The position numbers were made by a program, and so were the translations under genes. A stretch of DNA of 47,385 nt, taken from the IMG/VR virus record IMGVR_UViG_3300033076_000501, positions 1 to 47,385 of that record, one strand, 5' to 3'. The DNA is from a virus (taxonomy: Duplodnaviria; Caudoviricetes). A model generated the notes under the pieces. It did no database searches, was not told where the DNA came from, and saw nothing but the letters and a program-made list of their open reading frames with translations. Shown here piece by piece: positions 26,189-35,519 of this stretch (within the stretch, counting starts at the first letter, position 1; each line of letters begins with the position of its first letter).

Positions 26189-26435
26189 TATTGATGATGA
26201 GGACTATGGTCCTCCTGGTACAGATGAACTAGATTTACATCGTGGGTATGAAAAGCCCAAACTCTCTAAGCCATTTTTTGATGATGAATTATCCGATTAC
26301 GTTGCTATTCGGTTAGCAGTGATTAGAGCTAAAACTCTACAGAAATTTAGAGAAACCGTGATATAATATCATAAATAAAGTAGTTAGAGTTCTACTTAAA
26401 AACTCAACTTAAACACACTTACACAGGAGAAAAAT

Positions 26436-26717
26436 ATGTTTAATTCATTCGCATACCAAGCCGTTGATGGCATTCAAAACGCTAAAAAGCAATTCGTTTC
26501 TACATTCGTCCCTCAAGCACAAATCAAAGAAGCATTGAATGGCTTCATTGATGCTCAAGCACAATACACAAAAGACGCAATCACAGCAGGTTCTGTTGCT
26601 ACAACTAAGGTTGTTGAGACATTCACTGACCGCACGCCTTATGTAAAGTTTGCTGAAACTCTACAATCATTCTTCCCAACAGCAAGTTGCGCTAAGCCAG
26701 CTAAGAAGGCTAAATAA
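26436..26717 (+). CDS. Hypothetical amphipathic helical protein (possibly phasin-like)
   Basis: AGGAG ribosome-binding site; Ala/Gln-rich helices. The phasin resemblance is weak. Confidence 0.6.
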   Translation: MFNSFAYQAVDGIQNAKKQFVSTFVPQAQIKEALNGFIDAQAQYTKDAITAGSVATTKVVETFTDRTPYVKFAETLQSFFPTASCAKPAKKAK

Positions 26718-26718
26718 T

Positions 26719-26883
26719 ATGCCATTCTCGGTAGAAGCGTTAGGTATTGTTTTTGTCGTAGCCTTTATGGGTGCTGCACTGGCAATACTGATTGATTTCT
26801 ATCCAGTGTTCAAAAAATTTATAGACGCTGTGGTTGAAGGAATCAATGAACTAAAGAAGTTCAAAAAGCAAAAGCCATTCTGA
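26719..26883 (+). CDS. Small membrane protein
   Basis: One transmembrane helix (ALGIVFVVAFMGAALAILI). Confidence 0.55.
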   Translation: MPFSVEALGIVFVVAFMGAALAILIDFYPVFKKFIDAVVEGINELKKFKKQKPF

Positions 26884-27461
26884 TGATTACATACGTCCAT
26901 ACTAACATATATAAAATTAGTGATTATGCTCGTCACTTGAAAAATCTCACTGAAGAAGATAGATATTCTCGCTTTGGTTACAGGGCAAGTGACTACAACA
27001 TAGATAGCTTGATTTTGAATATGTGTTACAACCCGAAAGACCACGAATTGTGGTATGCTCGTGATGAAGAAAAACGAGTTGGTTGGGGACATATGGCTAA
27101 GAATCAGGATGGGTCTTGGGAACTTGCAGTATCAGTAGACAAAGAGTTCCAGCGTCAAGGCATTGCAGATAAACTAATGAGTGAAATGATTGTATGGGCT
27201 AAGTTCCATCATATCCCAGAAGTTTATATGCACTGTATTGAAAACAACAAAGTTATTCAACATCTTGCGAAAAAGCATGAGTTGAAGACCAAAGAACGAG
27301 GTGATGGTGAAAGAACGGCAGCTATTGAAGTTCCGGAACCTAACTTTGTAGAAACGAACACACAGTTGTTCAAAGAGCAGGCTGAGATATACGCAGAGAT
27401 TAATAGACTACGAGGTAAACTCGCTACTCTATGGTTGAATCCATCTCACCATATTGATTGA
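26883..27461 (+). CDS. GNAT acetyltransferase
   Basis: EDRYSRF, ELAVSVDKEFQRQGIA, MHCIENN...HLAKK. Confidence 0.85.
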   Translation: MITYVHTNIYKISDYARHLKNLTEEDRYSRFGYRASDYNIDSLILNMCYNPKDHELWYARDEEKRVGWGHMAKNQDGSWELAVSVDKEFQRQGIADKLMSEMIVWAKFHHIPEVYMHCIENNKVIQHLAKKHELKTKERGDGERTAAIEVPEPNFVETNTQLFKEQAEIYAEINRLRGKLATLWLNPSHHID

Positions 27462-27505
27462 CTATCAATCACAAAACAGACATAATACACACACAGGAGA
27501 ATAAC

Positions 27506-27769
27506 ATGTCAGAAAATAATCTACCAAAACTACCAGAAGTAAAGTTCAACAAGAACGGTTACGAAATCCGCGCAGATGTTTTAGCAATGGCTAAAGACTT
27601 TGTAGGTCAAGACTTCCACTACAAATATGTGGGTTGGGAAACTTCAATCGAGCGTGATAAAGACGGCAAGATTGTAACAACTGTTGCTATGCCAGAGTTT
27701 CCAGGAGTTGACAAGATCCTTGAGACTGCTGAAAAAATGTACAACTTTGTGAACCAAGGTAAAAAGTAA
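27506..27769 (+). CDS. Hypothetical protein
   Basis: AGGAG ribosome-binding site; promoter TTGACT-17-CATAAT at 27458-27486. Confidence 0.7.
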   Translation: MSENNLPKLPEVKFNKNGYEIRADVLAMAKDFVGQDFHYKYVGWETSIERDKDGKIVTTVAMPEFPGVDKILETAEKMYNFVNQGKK

Positions 27770-27788
27770 TACTTTTAGTTCTCAAACT

Positions 27789-27810
27789 GCCCCTTCATTG
27801 GGGCTTTTTT
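27789..27810 (+). terminator. Intrinsic terminator
   Basis: GCCCC-TTCATT-GGGGC followed by TTTTTT. Confidence 0.7.
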
Positions 27811-27815
27811 ACGGC

Positions 27816-27869
27816 TTGACAATAAATCATTTTGGGCATATAATACATGTATTGATTGATTAAAGGAGC
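27816..27869 (+). repeat. Repeated early promoter/RBS cassette, copy 1
   Basis: TTGACA-ataaatcattttgggca-TATAAT-acatgtattgattgattaaaggagc. Near-identical copies lie at 31103 and 47050, and a partial copy at 28099. Confidence 0.85.
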
Positions 27870-27874
27870 TGTTT

Positions 27875-28102
27875 ATGTTAGCAGTTAAAGCAGGAGATGT
27901 GATTCGCTACACTTCAGGTGCAGGAACCCGTAATGCAGTAGTCAAAAGTATTACAATTGGTCCCACTGCGAAACCCAATCATTCTATCGCTTGGTTGAAC
28001 TTGCATGTCCCGAAGCAAGGTAATACTAAATTCTCAACCGACGTGTCTATTCCAGCTGATTCAGTGTCCCTGAAAGGTTTCAAAGTCGAAAAAGTGGCTT
28101 GA
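27875..28102 (+). CDS. Hypothetical early protein
   Basis: Directly behind the promoter/RBS cassette. Confidence 0.7.
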   Translation: MLAVKAGDVIRYTSGAGTRNAVVKSITIGPTAKPNHSIAWLNLHVPKQGNTKFSTDVSIPADSVSLKGFKVEKVA

Positions 28103-28127
28103 CAATAAATCATTTTGGGTATATAAT
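28099..28127 (+). promoter_or_regulatory. Sigma70 promoter (partial copy of the cassette)
   Basis: TTGACA-ataaatcattttgggta-TATAAT. Confidence 0.8.
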
Positions 28128-28161
28128 ATATCTCATAGACAGTTAAGAAACGGAGCAAAAA

Positions 28162-28377
28162 ATGTCATTCGAAAAGCGTGTTTTGAATCAAGTTCGCAAA
28201 GTGTTCGACCGTAACTCAGGTTCTCTTTCTGCTGAGTTTGTGAACGGTACTCTTTTTGTAACTGCTCCTGAAAATGTTGCCCGCTCTGTGTTCTCTATGC
28301 TCTGCAAAGAATACAATTTCAAAGTTCAACCCAGCAAAGTCGGCGACAACGAATTTGCTTATGACTTCATTGCTTAA
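28162..28377 (+). CDS. Hypothetical early protein
   Basis: GGAG ribosome-binding site. Confidence 0.7.
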   Translation: MSFEKRVLNQVRKVFDRNSGSLSAEFVNGTLFVTAPENVARSVFSMLCKEYNFKVQPSKVGDNEFAYDFIA

Positions 28378-28386
28378 GGATTAAAA

Positions 28387-28695
28387 ATGTCACTCACACC
28401 TCTCACTGAACGCCAAAAGACTTTGATTGTCAACAACGTAGTTGCCGCATGCAAAGATATTAACAAATTGAACAAGACAGGTTACAAGTTCATTAGCCTC
28501 GCATCAGGCTTTATTGCTCACTATGACCTATATGGTTTCATTGATTTTTACTCTCACTCGGTGTCATTGCGTAATGACATTATCGGTTTCGCAAATTCAA
28601 ATCAATGGAAAAACTTTCGTCCAGGTGAACGTGACTATGAATACTACATGAGCAAGGCTGATGTTTACAATCGTATTCTTGCGGAGATTGTGTGA
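28387..28695 (+). CDS. Hypothetical early protein
   Basis: AAGGA ribosome-binding site; contains SGFIAHYDLYGF. Confidence 0.7.
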   Translation: MSLTPLTERQKTLIVNNVVAACKDINKLNKTGYKFISLASGFIAHYDLYGFIDFYSHSVSLRNDIIGFANSNQWKNFRPGERDYEYYMSKADVYNRILAEIV

Positions 28696-28916
28696 TGACT
28701 AATAAAATTGATGAACTATGGGGCGAGGCTTTAGACAAAGCCGTCCCTGATACTTACTCTACATTGACTTGGACTCAAGTTGAGAAAATCAAACAAGTGT
28801 TCGCTGAGTTAGTTGTGAAAGAAGCAGGTGAATATCTAATGTCACCCGAGTTCATTGGTCGCAGTGATTTAGATTGGTCAATGGTTTTGAATGAACATTT
28901 TGGAGTAGAAGAATAA
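28695..28916 (+). CDS. Hypothetical protein
   Basis: TGATG coupling; C-terminal EHFGVEE. Confidence 0.65.
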   Translation: MTNKIDELWGEALDKAVPDTYSTLTWTQVEKIKQVFAELVVKEAGEYLMSPEFIGRSDLDWSMVLNEHFGVEE

Positions 28917-29692
28917 TGCCAGGATTTGTTGACGTATCAAATATGACCAGCGAAGAAGTTCGCCGCATGGGTCATGCTGATGACTATGACGAGCCAACAT
29001 ACTCTCAGTCTACCTCACGCAAGTATACAGGTCGTTCTTGGAGTCCAATGCAAACAAATAAAGTAGTGAAGCCTATTTTTAATTTTCTTGCTGAGGATGT
29101 GTGGACTGCTAGTGCGTATGCTTATCGCATTAGTGGTAATCAATATATCAAGGCAATTATGCCCGGCGTGTCTAATCACACTAACCGAGAAAAGATGATG
29201 ACCGCATTGTTAGACAATATGTTCTTTGAAGAACAAGATATTGAACAAGGTAAAAAGTTGCGACAATACTTCCAAACATTAACTTTCAAAGTTATGAAGG
29301 GTAGTTCAATGTCCGACTTCCAAAAAAGCGCAATGCAAGTTGCTGAAAAGGCTACCATCATTAGCAACTTTGATTTTAGTGTTATTGCTAGTCTGCCTGC
29401 AACTTACGCAAAGATGACTAGCCGTGACGAAGTTGACCGTCGAATCAATTGGGCACGTGGTGGCTTCATTGGTTCTATCGGTGACAAGACCACTGAGAAA
29501 ATTGAGATTATCAAAAAACTGTGGTCGAACAACTACAACACATGGTACTTCACTGGTATCAATGACAAGGATCAAGTGTTGTTTTTTGCACACAAAGGTG
29601 ACTTTGAAATTGGAACTTATGTTACAATAGAGGGGAAGGTCAAAAGTCACCGCGAAACTTCTACTCAACTTTCACATGTAAAGGTAATTTAA
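28916..29692 (+). CDS. Hypothetical protein with C-terminal OB-fold-like domain
   Basis: Beta-rich C-terminus GTYVTIEGKVKSHRETSTQLSHVK. Confidence 0.65.
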   Translation: MPGFVDVSNMTSEEVRRMGHADDYDEPTYSQSTSRKYTGRSWSPMQTNKVVKPIFNFLAEDVWTASAYAYRISGNQYIKAIMPGVSNHTNREKMMTALLDNMFFEEQDIEQGKKLRQYFQTLTFKVMKGSSMSDFQKSAMQVAEKATIISNFDFSVIASLPATYAKMTSRDEVDRRINWARGGFIGSIGDKTTEKIEIIKKLWSNNYNTWYFTGINDKDQVLFFAHKGDFEIGTYVTIEGKVKSHRETSTQLSHVKVI

Positions 29693-30101
29693 AATGTACG
29701 AAATCTGGGATGGCGATTTATTCTTGTTTAACTGCTTTGACAATGATGAGGCAGACATTCTTAGTGAGCAAGGTTTTACTGTAAAGGAATTGAAATGAAA
29801 ACATTTATCATGGGTACCATCTTTGGTATCGTAGTTGCTACTGTAGGCTTCTCGGGTATTGCTCGTATGCTTGACAATGGCGTAGAGAAAACTAAAGCTA
29901 TTGCTGTTGAAGGAGCAAAGTAATGGATAAGTGGGTAGCTATTCTTTTGATTGGTTTGGTTGTAGGTATGTTCAGTCCAATCATTGTCTCTGAGCATACT
30001 AAAGGTGAATGTAAGATTGAAGCAATCAAAGCAGGTATGCCTGCTGATGAAATCATCAAACTTTGTAAATGAAATTTAAACGGAAACAACTGGAGGACAA
30101 A

Positions 30102-30542
30102 ATGGGTCTTGACATGTATTTGAACGCAAAGCGTTTTCTGTGGCACAGTGAAGAAGAACTTGCTAATAAAATTTCAGAGAACTTTCCTGAGATTGGCGAT
30201 AAACGTGTGAAAGAAATCACAGTCGAAGCCGCATACTGGCGCAAGTCAAATCAGATTCACAAGTGGTTTGTTGACAATGTGCAGGATGGTACTGATGACT
30301 GTCAAAGTTACGATGTGTCCAGAGAAAAACTTAAAGAGTTGTTGGACTTGATTGATAACGTACTTGCCAACAGGGGTAAAGCATCTGCACTCTTGCCAAA
30401 TCAACAAGGTTTCTTTTTTGGTAGTGACAAGTATGATGCCTACTACTTTGAGGATCTAGAACATACCAAGACAATGCTTACTCCTTTGCTTGATGAAGCA
30501 AATTGGAAGGGTTGGTACTTCGAGTATCGTGCAAGCTGGTAA
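30102..30542 (+). CDS. Hypothetical phage protein
   Basis: GGAGG ribosome-binding site; MGLDMYL...YWRKSNQIHKWF...GFFFG...YRASW. Confidence 0.75.
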   Translation: MGLDMYLNAKRFLWHSEEELANKISENFPEIGDKRVKEITVEAAYWRKSNQIHKWFVDNVQDGTDDCQSYDVSREKLKELLDLIDNVLANRGKASALLPNQQGFFFGSDKYDAYYFEDLEHTKTMLTPLLDEANWKGWYFEYRASW

Positions 30543-30543
30543 A

Positions 30544-30735
30544 ATGATTAGCTCAAATCAGTTTTTGTTTTGGTCAGGCGTTGCCTACTTCATTGTAGGC
30601 ATGTTTGATATTTTTGTCTATCGTTTTGTAGAGCCAGAATTCATTTCAATGTTCTGGTGTATTTGGTTGTGCTTGCCAGTGTTCTTGCCTATTGCAGGCA
30701 TTGTTCGTGGCGCACCTCTTTGGAGAAATAAATGA
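30544..30735 (+). CDS. Small two-TM membrane protein
   Basis: Two hydrophobic segments. Confidence 0.55.
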   Translation: MISSNQFLFWSGVAYFIVGMFDIFVYRFVEPEFISMFWCIWLCLPVFLPIAGIVRGAPLWRNK

Positions 30736-31088
30736 CAGGTTTTAGTGACATTCTAAAAATGCGTAGACTTGAGAAAGAAGCAAATGAACTTGGGTTCATG
30801 CTTGCTAATCCTAAGAATGGCTACTATCAAAACAGTTGGGGCGATGTTGTTGCGTTAGTCCCGAAGGATAACGATAGTGTACCTATCTATTCACGTGATG
30901 CAGAAGTTTTCCAAGGTACATTGGAAGAACTTAATATATGGTTGCGTGGTGTTGAATGGGCACGTGGATATGACATGCTACTCAGGGTATCCAATGAAAA
31001 GAAGCGTGAACGTAAAGAGCAAGATTTGCGAAACAAACAAATGATTGCTAGGTTAAAAGATGAAGAAATCGAACTACGAAAAAAGTAG
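30732..31088 (+). CDS. Hypothetical protein
   Basis: ATGA coupling; GGAG ribosome-binding site. Confidence 0.7.
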   Translation: MTGFSDILKMRRLEKEANELGFMLANPKNGYYQNSWGDVVALVPKDNDSVPIYSRDAEVFQGTLEELNIWLRGVEWARGYDMLLRVSNEKKRERKEQDLRNKQMIARLKDEEIELRKK

Positions 31089-31102
31089 TACTTTTGTAAT
31101 AC

Positions 31103-31156
31103 TTGACAAATAATCAATTTGGTACTATAATACATGTATTGATTGATTAAAGGAGC
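31103..31156 (+). repeat. Repeated early promoter/RBS cassette, copy 2
   Basis: TTGACA-17-TATAAT-acatgtattgattgattaaaggagc. Confidence 0.85.
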
Positions 31157-31160
31157 ACGT

Positions 31161-31388
31161 ATGCAAAACTTCACCGAGTACATGATGGCATTCTATGGTC
31201 CCGAAAGCGAAATCTACCCTGAGTTGGCTTTCAATGAAACTCAAATCGCTATCGCCACTAGTATCTATAAAATGCGCCTTGATGCACAGGGTGAAGAATT
31301 CGTCGGCGACACAGTTGACCGCGAACGTGTCCGTGACATTATCCTTGAAGCACGCCAATCAGTCTTGCCCGAATTTGCTAAGGCTTGA
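31161..31388 (+). CDS. Hypothetical early protein
   Basis: ATG 31161 follows the cassette RBS; contains FYG...IYP...GDTVDRERVRD. Confidence 0.7.
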   Translation: MQNFTEYMMAFYGPESEIYPELAFNETQIAIATSIYKMRLDAQGEEFVGDTVDRERVRDIILEARQSVLPEFAKA

Positions 31389-31413
31389 CAATAAACACTC
31401 ATGATGTTATAAT
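31385..31413 (+). promoter_or_regulatory. Sigma70-type promoter for ligase
   Basis: TTGACA-17 nt-TATAAT. Confidence 0.75.
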
Positions 31414-31437
31414 ATACTCATATTTTGAAAGGATTGT

Positions 31438-32784
31438 ATGTCAGCAGGTTGGATTAATAAGTTGAATGAAAGTGATAGTCGCCTTCACAAAGAGGACGTG
31501 CTCAAGCAAGCACTTGAGATGGCTACACTCGGTTCAACTAATGCGCAAATCTTCTTGGGTTTTCTCAAAGCCTGCTACAATCCCTACGTGACATTCGGTG
31601 TCAAACAAATCCCAGAATCAGTCGGTATCACAGGCGCAGATAACCCTTGGGATGAATTCAATACATTGATGGTTGACTTGTCTCAGCGCAAATTGACAGG
31701 TCACGCGGCACGTGATGCTATTCAAACAATGTTAGAACAATTTGACAGTGAAGAATGGAATACATTCTTGGCTCCTGTCTTACGCCGTGATATGCGATGC
31801 GGTATCTCTAGTACCACAATCAATAAAATCTGCAAGAAAACAGATTATGAAATTCCTGTGTTCGGTTGCCAACTAGCAACTAACTCAGAAGGTCGTCCTG
31901 AAATGAAAGGCAACAAACGACTTGAGCCTAAGTTGGACGGTGTTCGTGCGTTGTTCATGTTGATTCCTAGCGACGGTGGCTTGACTACTATTTGCTTTAG
32001 TCGCAACGGTAAGCAATTTGAAAACTTCACTCACATTGAAGAACAACTCCAAGACAATTTTGTAAAACTGGTTCGTGCATGTGCGGGTACTGACCAAGGT
32101 CGTAGTCTTGTTGACGGTGTTGTGTTTGACGGTGAAGTGATTGGTCAATCATTCCAAGAATTGATGCGTCAAGCACGCCGCAAATCTGACGTACAAGCCG
32201 ACGATTCAGTTTTCAACATCTTTGACATTATCCCATTGCAAGACTTCCGCCGAGGTCACTGGAATGCACAGTTACGTAAGCGTATTGCCTTACTTGATGC
32301 AATGCGTCCAATTGTTGACAACATGTTAAACGTTGAACTATTGCCTCACATCATGGTTGACTTAGACACAGCCGCAGGCAAGGATCAACTAGAACGTTAT
32401 GCCCAAGATAACGTCAAAGCTGGCTTTGAAGGTATTATGATTAAAGATATGGAAGCTCCTTATCTTTGCAAACGTTCAACAGACTGGATGAAGTGGAAGC
32501 CTGTTATTACAGTTGACCTAACAGTTGTAGGTGTTGAAGAGGGCACTGGTCGTAATAAAGGTCGCCTCGGTGCTCTCGTTTGTGAGGGTGAAGATGATGG
32601 CAAGTTCATTCAAGTGAACGCGGGTAGTGGTTACAGTGATGCAGACCGAGATAGTTACTGGGCTGATTCTAATCTGATTATCGGTCGCACTGCTGAAATT
32701 ATGGCTGATGCTATCACACAGAATCAAGATGGTAGTTACAGTTTGCGATTCCCTCGCTTTGTTCGTTTTCGGGATGACAAATGA
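31438..32784 (+). CDS. ATP-dependent DNA ligase
   Basis: EPKLDGVR (KxDG), SRNGK, FDGEV, FDI, EGIMIK, WMKWK, SLRFPRF. Confidence 0.96.
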   Translation: MSAGWINKLNESDSRLHKEDVLKQALEMATLGSTNAQIFLGFLKACYNPYVTFGVKQIPESVGITGADNPWDEFNTLMVDLSQRKLTGHAARDAIQTMLEQFDSEEWNTFLAPVLRRDMRCGISSTTINKICKKTDYEIPVFGCQLATNSEGRPEMKGNKRLEPKLDGVRALFMLIPSDGGLTTICFSRNGKQFENFTHIEEQLQDNFVKLVRACAGTDQGRSLVDGVVFDGEVIGQSFQELMRQARRKSDVQADDSVFNIFDIIPLQDFRRGHWNAQLRKRIALLDAMRPIVDNMLNVELLPHIMVDLDTAAGKDQLERYAQDNVKAGFEGIMIKDMEAPYLCKRSTDWMKWKPVITVDLTVVGVEEGTGRNKGRLGALVCEGEDDGKFIQVNAGSGYSDADRDSYWADSNLIIGRTAEIMADAITQNQDGSYSLRFPRFVRFRDDK

Positions 32785-33215
32785 CGATACAAACTAAAAC
32801 CACAGAATACTATGATTGGTTCGAAGACCTTGAGCCAATCGTTCTTGAAAATCTAAACGAGATTCTTGTCAGTAAAGGTATTGAACCACTAGAACATTTT
32901 CGCGGTGGTGCCTTCAAAGATGGTAAGTGGGTTGGCATTTGTGATAGCGAGGACTATCGCAACTACTGGCATCTATACATTGACTTGTGGGGTGAGCGTG
33001 TTCGCAATGATAGTTATGATGAAGCGTACTATCCTTGGTGTGATGATGACGAAGAATGGGCATACTATTACGAAAAGGCAGAGAAGTTTGCCAATCGTAA
33101 TATCACTTATAAACATACTGACCCAAAGTGGGGCTGTGATTTAGTAACTGCTATTCGTAAGATGTGTAAAGACCACAATCTCTATGATGGTGTTCTGATT
33201 CACTGGAGTTGGTAA
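32781..33215 (+). CDS. Hypothetical protein
   Basis: ATGA coupling; Trp/Tyr-rich. Confidence 0.65.
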   Translation: MTIQTKTTEYYDWFEDLEPIVLENLNEILVSKGIEPLEHFRGGAFKDGKWVGICDSEDYRNYWHLYIDLWGERVRNDSYDEAYYPWCDDDEEWAYYYEKAEKFANRNITYKHTDPKWGCDLVTAIRKMCKDHNLYDGVLIHWSW

Positions 33216-33341
33216 TGAACTACACCGCAGGTATTTTAGCCTTTTTACTCTTTTATGTCCCATTGTTCTTTGTATATCGCAAGTTTGTGAGAGATAATGA
33301 ACGTACAGATGAAAATTACCAAAACCAACTAAGGAAAATTT

Positions 33342-34262
33342 ATGACCGAAAATAAGAAACCCGAAGAACAAACGATTGAAGAAAAAAGTGTCATCTTTGA
33401 CATTTTGAAATTCACCCCTCAAGATTATACAATCTCAGTTTGGGGTTACGGCGGGGATAGTCGTTTCCTTCGTGCTACAAAAGAACAATACAAGTATTTC
33501 AAAGAGAACGAAATCGACCTCGAAGAATATGCGGGTGACTACGACAACCAATTCGATGTCCCCGAAGATATGCAACCGTTCCCACCAGGTGAACCATATG
33601 AAGGCAATGAAGTTGATTGCGCATGTGGTGCGACAATGGATACCAGTACATATCTAACTATTACTGACGAACAGGGTAATGAAATTTTTCAAACAACACT
33701 AGACCCTAGCGATATCGAAGACAAGGGTTCAGAAGTAGAAGAAGTTAGTGACTTCTATCCTGAACATGATTGTGAAAAAGGCACAGTGTTAATTTGGCAC
33801 GGTCAAGGTGAGAAGGGTACGTTCTTTGGTACTACTGAGCGTTTCACTCAACCATTCGACCCAAAGAAATTAAAAATCAACTACCAAGATATGGATGGCT
33901 GGATGATTTTGACCACTATCGAATATGACGGTGAAGAATTGTATGACAATGATTACTCTACTACAGGCAAGTGGGGAGAGACCAAGTGGGTCATCGTGGG
34001 TGATGAAGAAGATTTGGGTTTAGATGAAGTACCTTCTAAAGTTGAAGTACGTGAACCAGACGAAAAACAAGCACCCCGTACTGAATGGTTCCCGACAGAA
34101 ATCAACCCAGTACGTAATGGCGTATACGAATGTTTGTTTGCGATTACCGAAGCGACTGCTTGGCCGTTTAGCAACATGGACTTTGTTGAATTCGATGGGG
34201 TGAAATGGAACACTTCTAACACCGTTGTTAAATGGCGAGGACTCACTAAGGAAGTTATGTGA
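33342..34262 (+). CDS. Acidic hypothetical protein
   Basis: AAGGA ribosome-binding site; 306 aa, Asp/Glu-rich. Confidence 0.75.
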   Translation: MTENKKPEEQTIEEKSVIFDILKFTPQDYTISVWGYGGDSRFLRATKEQYKYFKENEIDLEEYAGDYDNQFDVPEDMQPFPPGEPYEGNEVDCACGATMDTSTYLTITDEQGNEIFQTTLDPSDIEDKGSEVEEVSDFYPEHDCEKGTVLIWHGQGEKGTFFGTTERFTQPFDPKKLKINYQDMDGWMILTTIEYDGEELYDNDYSTTGKWGETKWVIVGDEEDLGLDEVPSKVEVREPDEKQAPRTEWFPTEINPVRNGVYECLFAITEATAWPFSNMDFVEFDGVKWNTSNTVVKWRGLTKEVM

Positions 34263-34441
34263 GGCAAAAGAAACCCTGGGAGATTGCAGAGGAAGAACTC
34301 TTAAAGAAAGAGTATGCTTACTTGGAAAAGTACAATTGGTTTGAAAAGTTAATTGATAACCATTTGTACTTTGTAATCTTTGTTGTGGTTTCTATGGCGT
34401 TAGGTTTTGATTTGGGATTATTAATAGGGATGATGTTATGA
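34259..34441 (+). CDS. Small membrane protein
   Basis: GTGA coupling; C-terminal transmembrane helix. Confidence 0.5.
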   Translation: MRQKKPWEIAEEELLKKEYAYLEKYNWFEKLIDNHLYFVIFVVVSMALGFDLGLLIGMML

Positions 34442-34601
34442 ATAAAGATGACCAGTTTGATGAAGAATTCATGTACATTATGAATTGGACGCAAGATTAC
34501 CCGGAACTTCAAGAAGTGATTGACAGAGAGATGAATCGTATGATAGAATTGTCAAACTTTAAAGAAGCAAACGAGGTAATCAATATGATTAAGGCAAAAC
34601 T

Positions 34602-34799
34602 ATGAGCGGTCCCGGGGTAATCCAAGAAGAACCGATGCAACGTTGTGAACTTTGCGGCGTCATTGATGAATGTCGCCCATATGGACCCAATGGTGAACAA
34701 ATTTGCTTTGAATGTGGAATGAAGGACGAGGAGACAACTCGCAAGCAATTCGCAAAATATGTACTAGGAGTAGAAGATGGTAACAGTAGTAAAGCATGA
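34602..34799 (+). CDS. Small zinc-finger protein
   Basis: CELC...CFEC. Confidence 0.65.
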   Translation: MSGPGVIQEEPMQRCELCGVIDECRPYGPNGEQICFECGMKDEETTRKQFAKYVLGVEDGNSSKA

Positions 34800-35325
34800 G
34801 TGGCATCAGCATGACCGTCAATATGCAGTTGAAATTGACGAAGATTTGTTGAGTGAAATCTACCCTGACTTGGGTCCGGGTGAGATTAGCCACATGCTCA
34901 AGAACCTTGAAGAAGGTCTAGTTGACGTTGAGGATATCATCAATGACGCATACGAAAACGATGTTGACATTGAATGGGATTTTCAATATGATGATTGTTG
35001 GACTGACCGAAAAGGTGGCTACGAAGTTACCTATGAACTAGGTGACGAAGATAGCTGGCACACTGAACCAGAACCTAACCCACCCTCACATAAGTGTACA
35101 AAGTGTCGTTGGGAAGGTGAACGTTGGTCTACACGCACAGCGTATATCAACGAGCAAGGTGAAGTACTACCAGACGATTGCGAAGATTACCATGACACTA
35201 AAGACGTATGTCCTATGTGTGATAGTAACGTTGAACTCACCGAGTTTGGTAAAGAAGAAGAAAAAGAACGTGCTAGACGCATGGCAGAAATTGATGCCAT
35301 GTTCGCAGAGGAAGATGAAGAATGA
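34777..35325 (+). CDS. Acidic protein with zinc ribbon
   Basis: AGGAG ribosome-binding site; CTKC...CPMC. Confidence 0.7.
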   Translation: MVTVVKHEWHQHDRQYAVEIDEDLLSEIYPDLGPGEISHMLKNLEEGLVDVEDIINDAYENDVDIEWDFQYDDCWTDRKGGYEVTYELGDEDSWHTEPEPNPPSHKCTKCRWEGERWSTRTAYINEQGEVLPDDCEDYHDTKDVCPMCDSNVELTEFGKEEEKERARRMAEIDAMFAEEDEE

Positions 35326-35516
35326 CACCAGAAGAATTAGTAGGTAAAGAATATGTGTTTGAAGATGGGCAATCTATCAAAATTATTCAAACACGCAGGC
35401 GTGACGATGGTCCTTGGATCACTGCTCACATGATTGGGGCAGGTATCCCGCGACAAGTAACAATGCCATTCACTGAATTTATTGATACATATGGGCATCT
35501 ATTTGAAGCTAAATAA
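35322..35516 (+). CDS. Hypothetical protein
   Basis: ATGA coupling. Confidence 0.6.
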   Translation: MTPEELVGKEYVFEDGQSIKIIQTRRRDDGPWITAHMIGAGIPRQVTMPFTEFIDTYGHLFEAK

Positions 35517-35519
35517 AAC

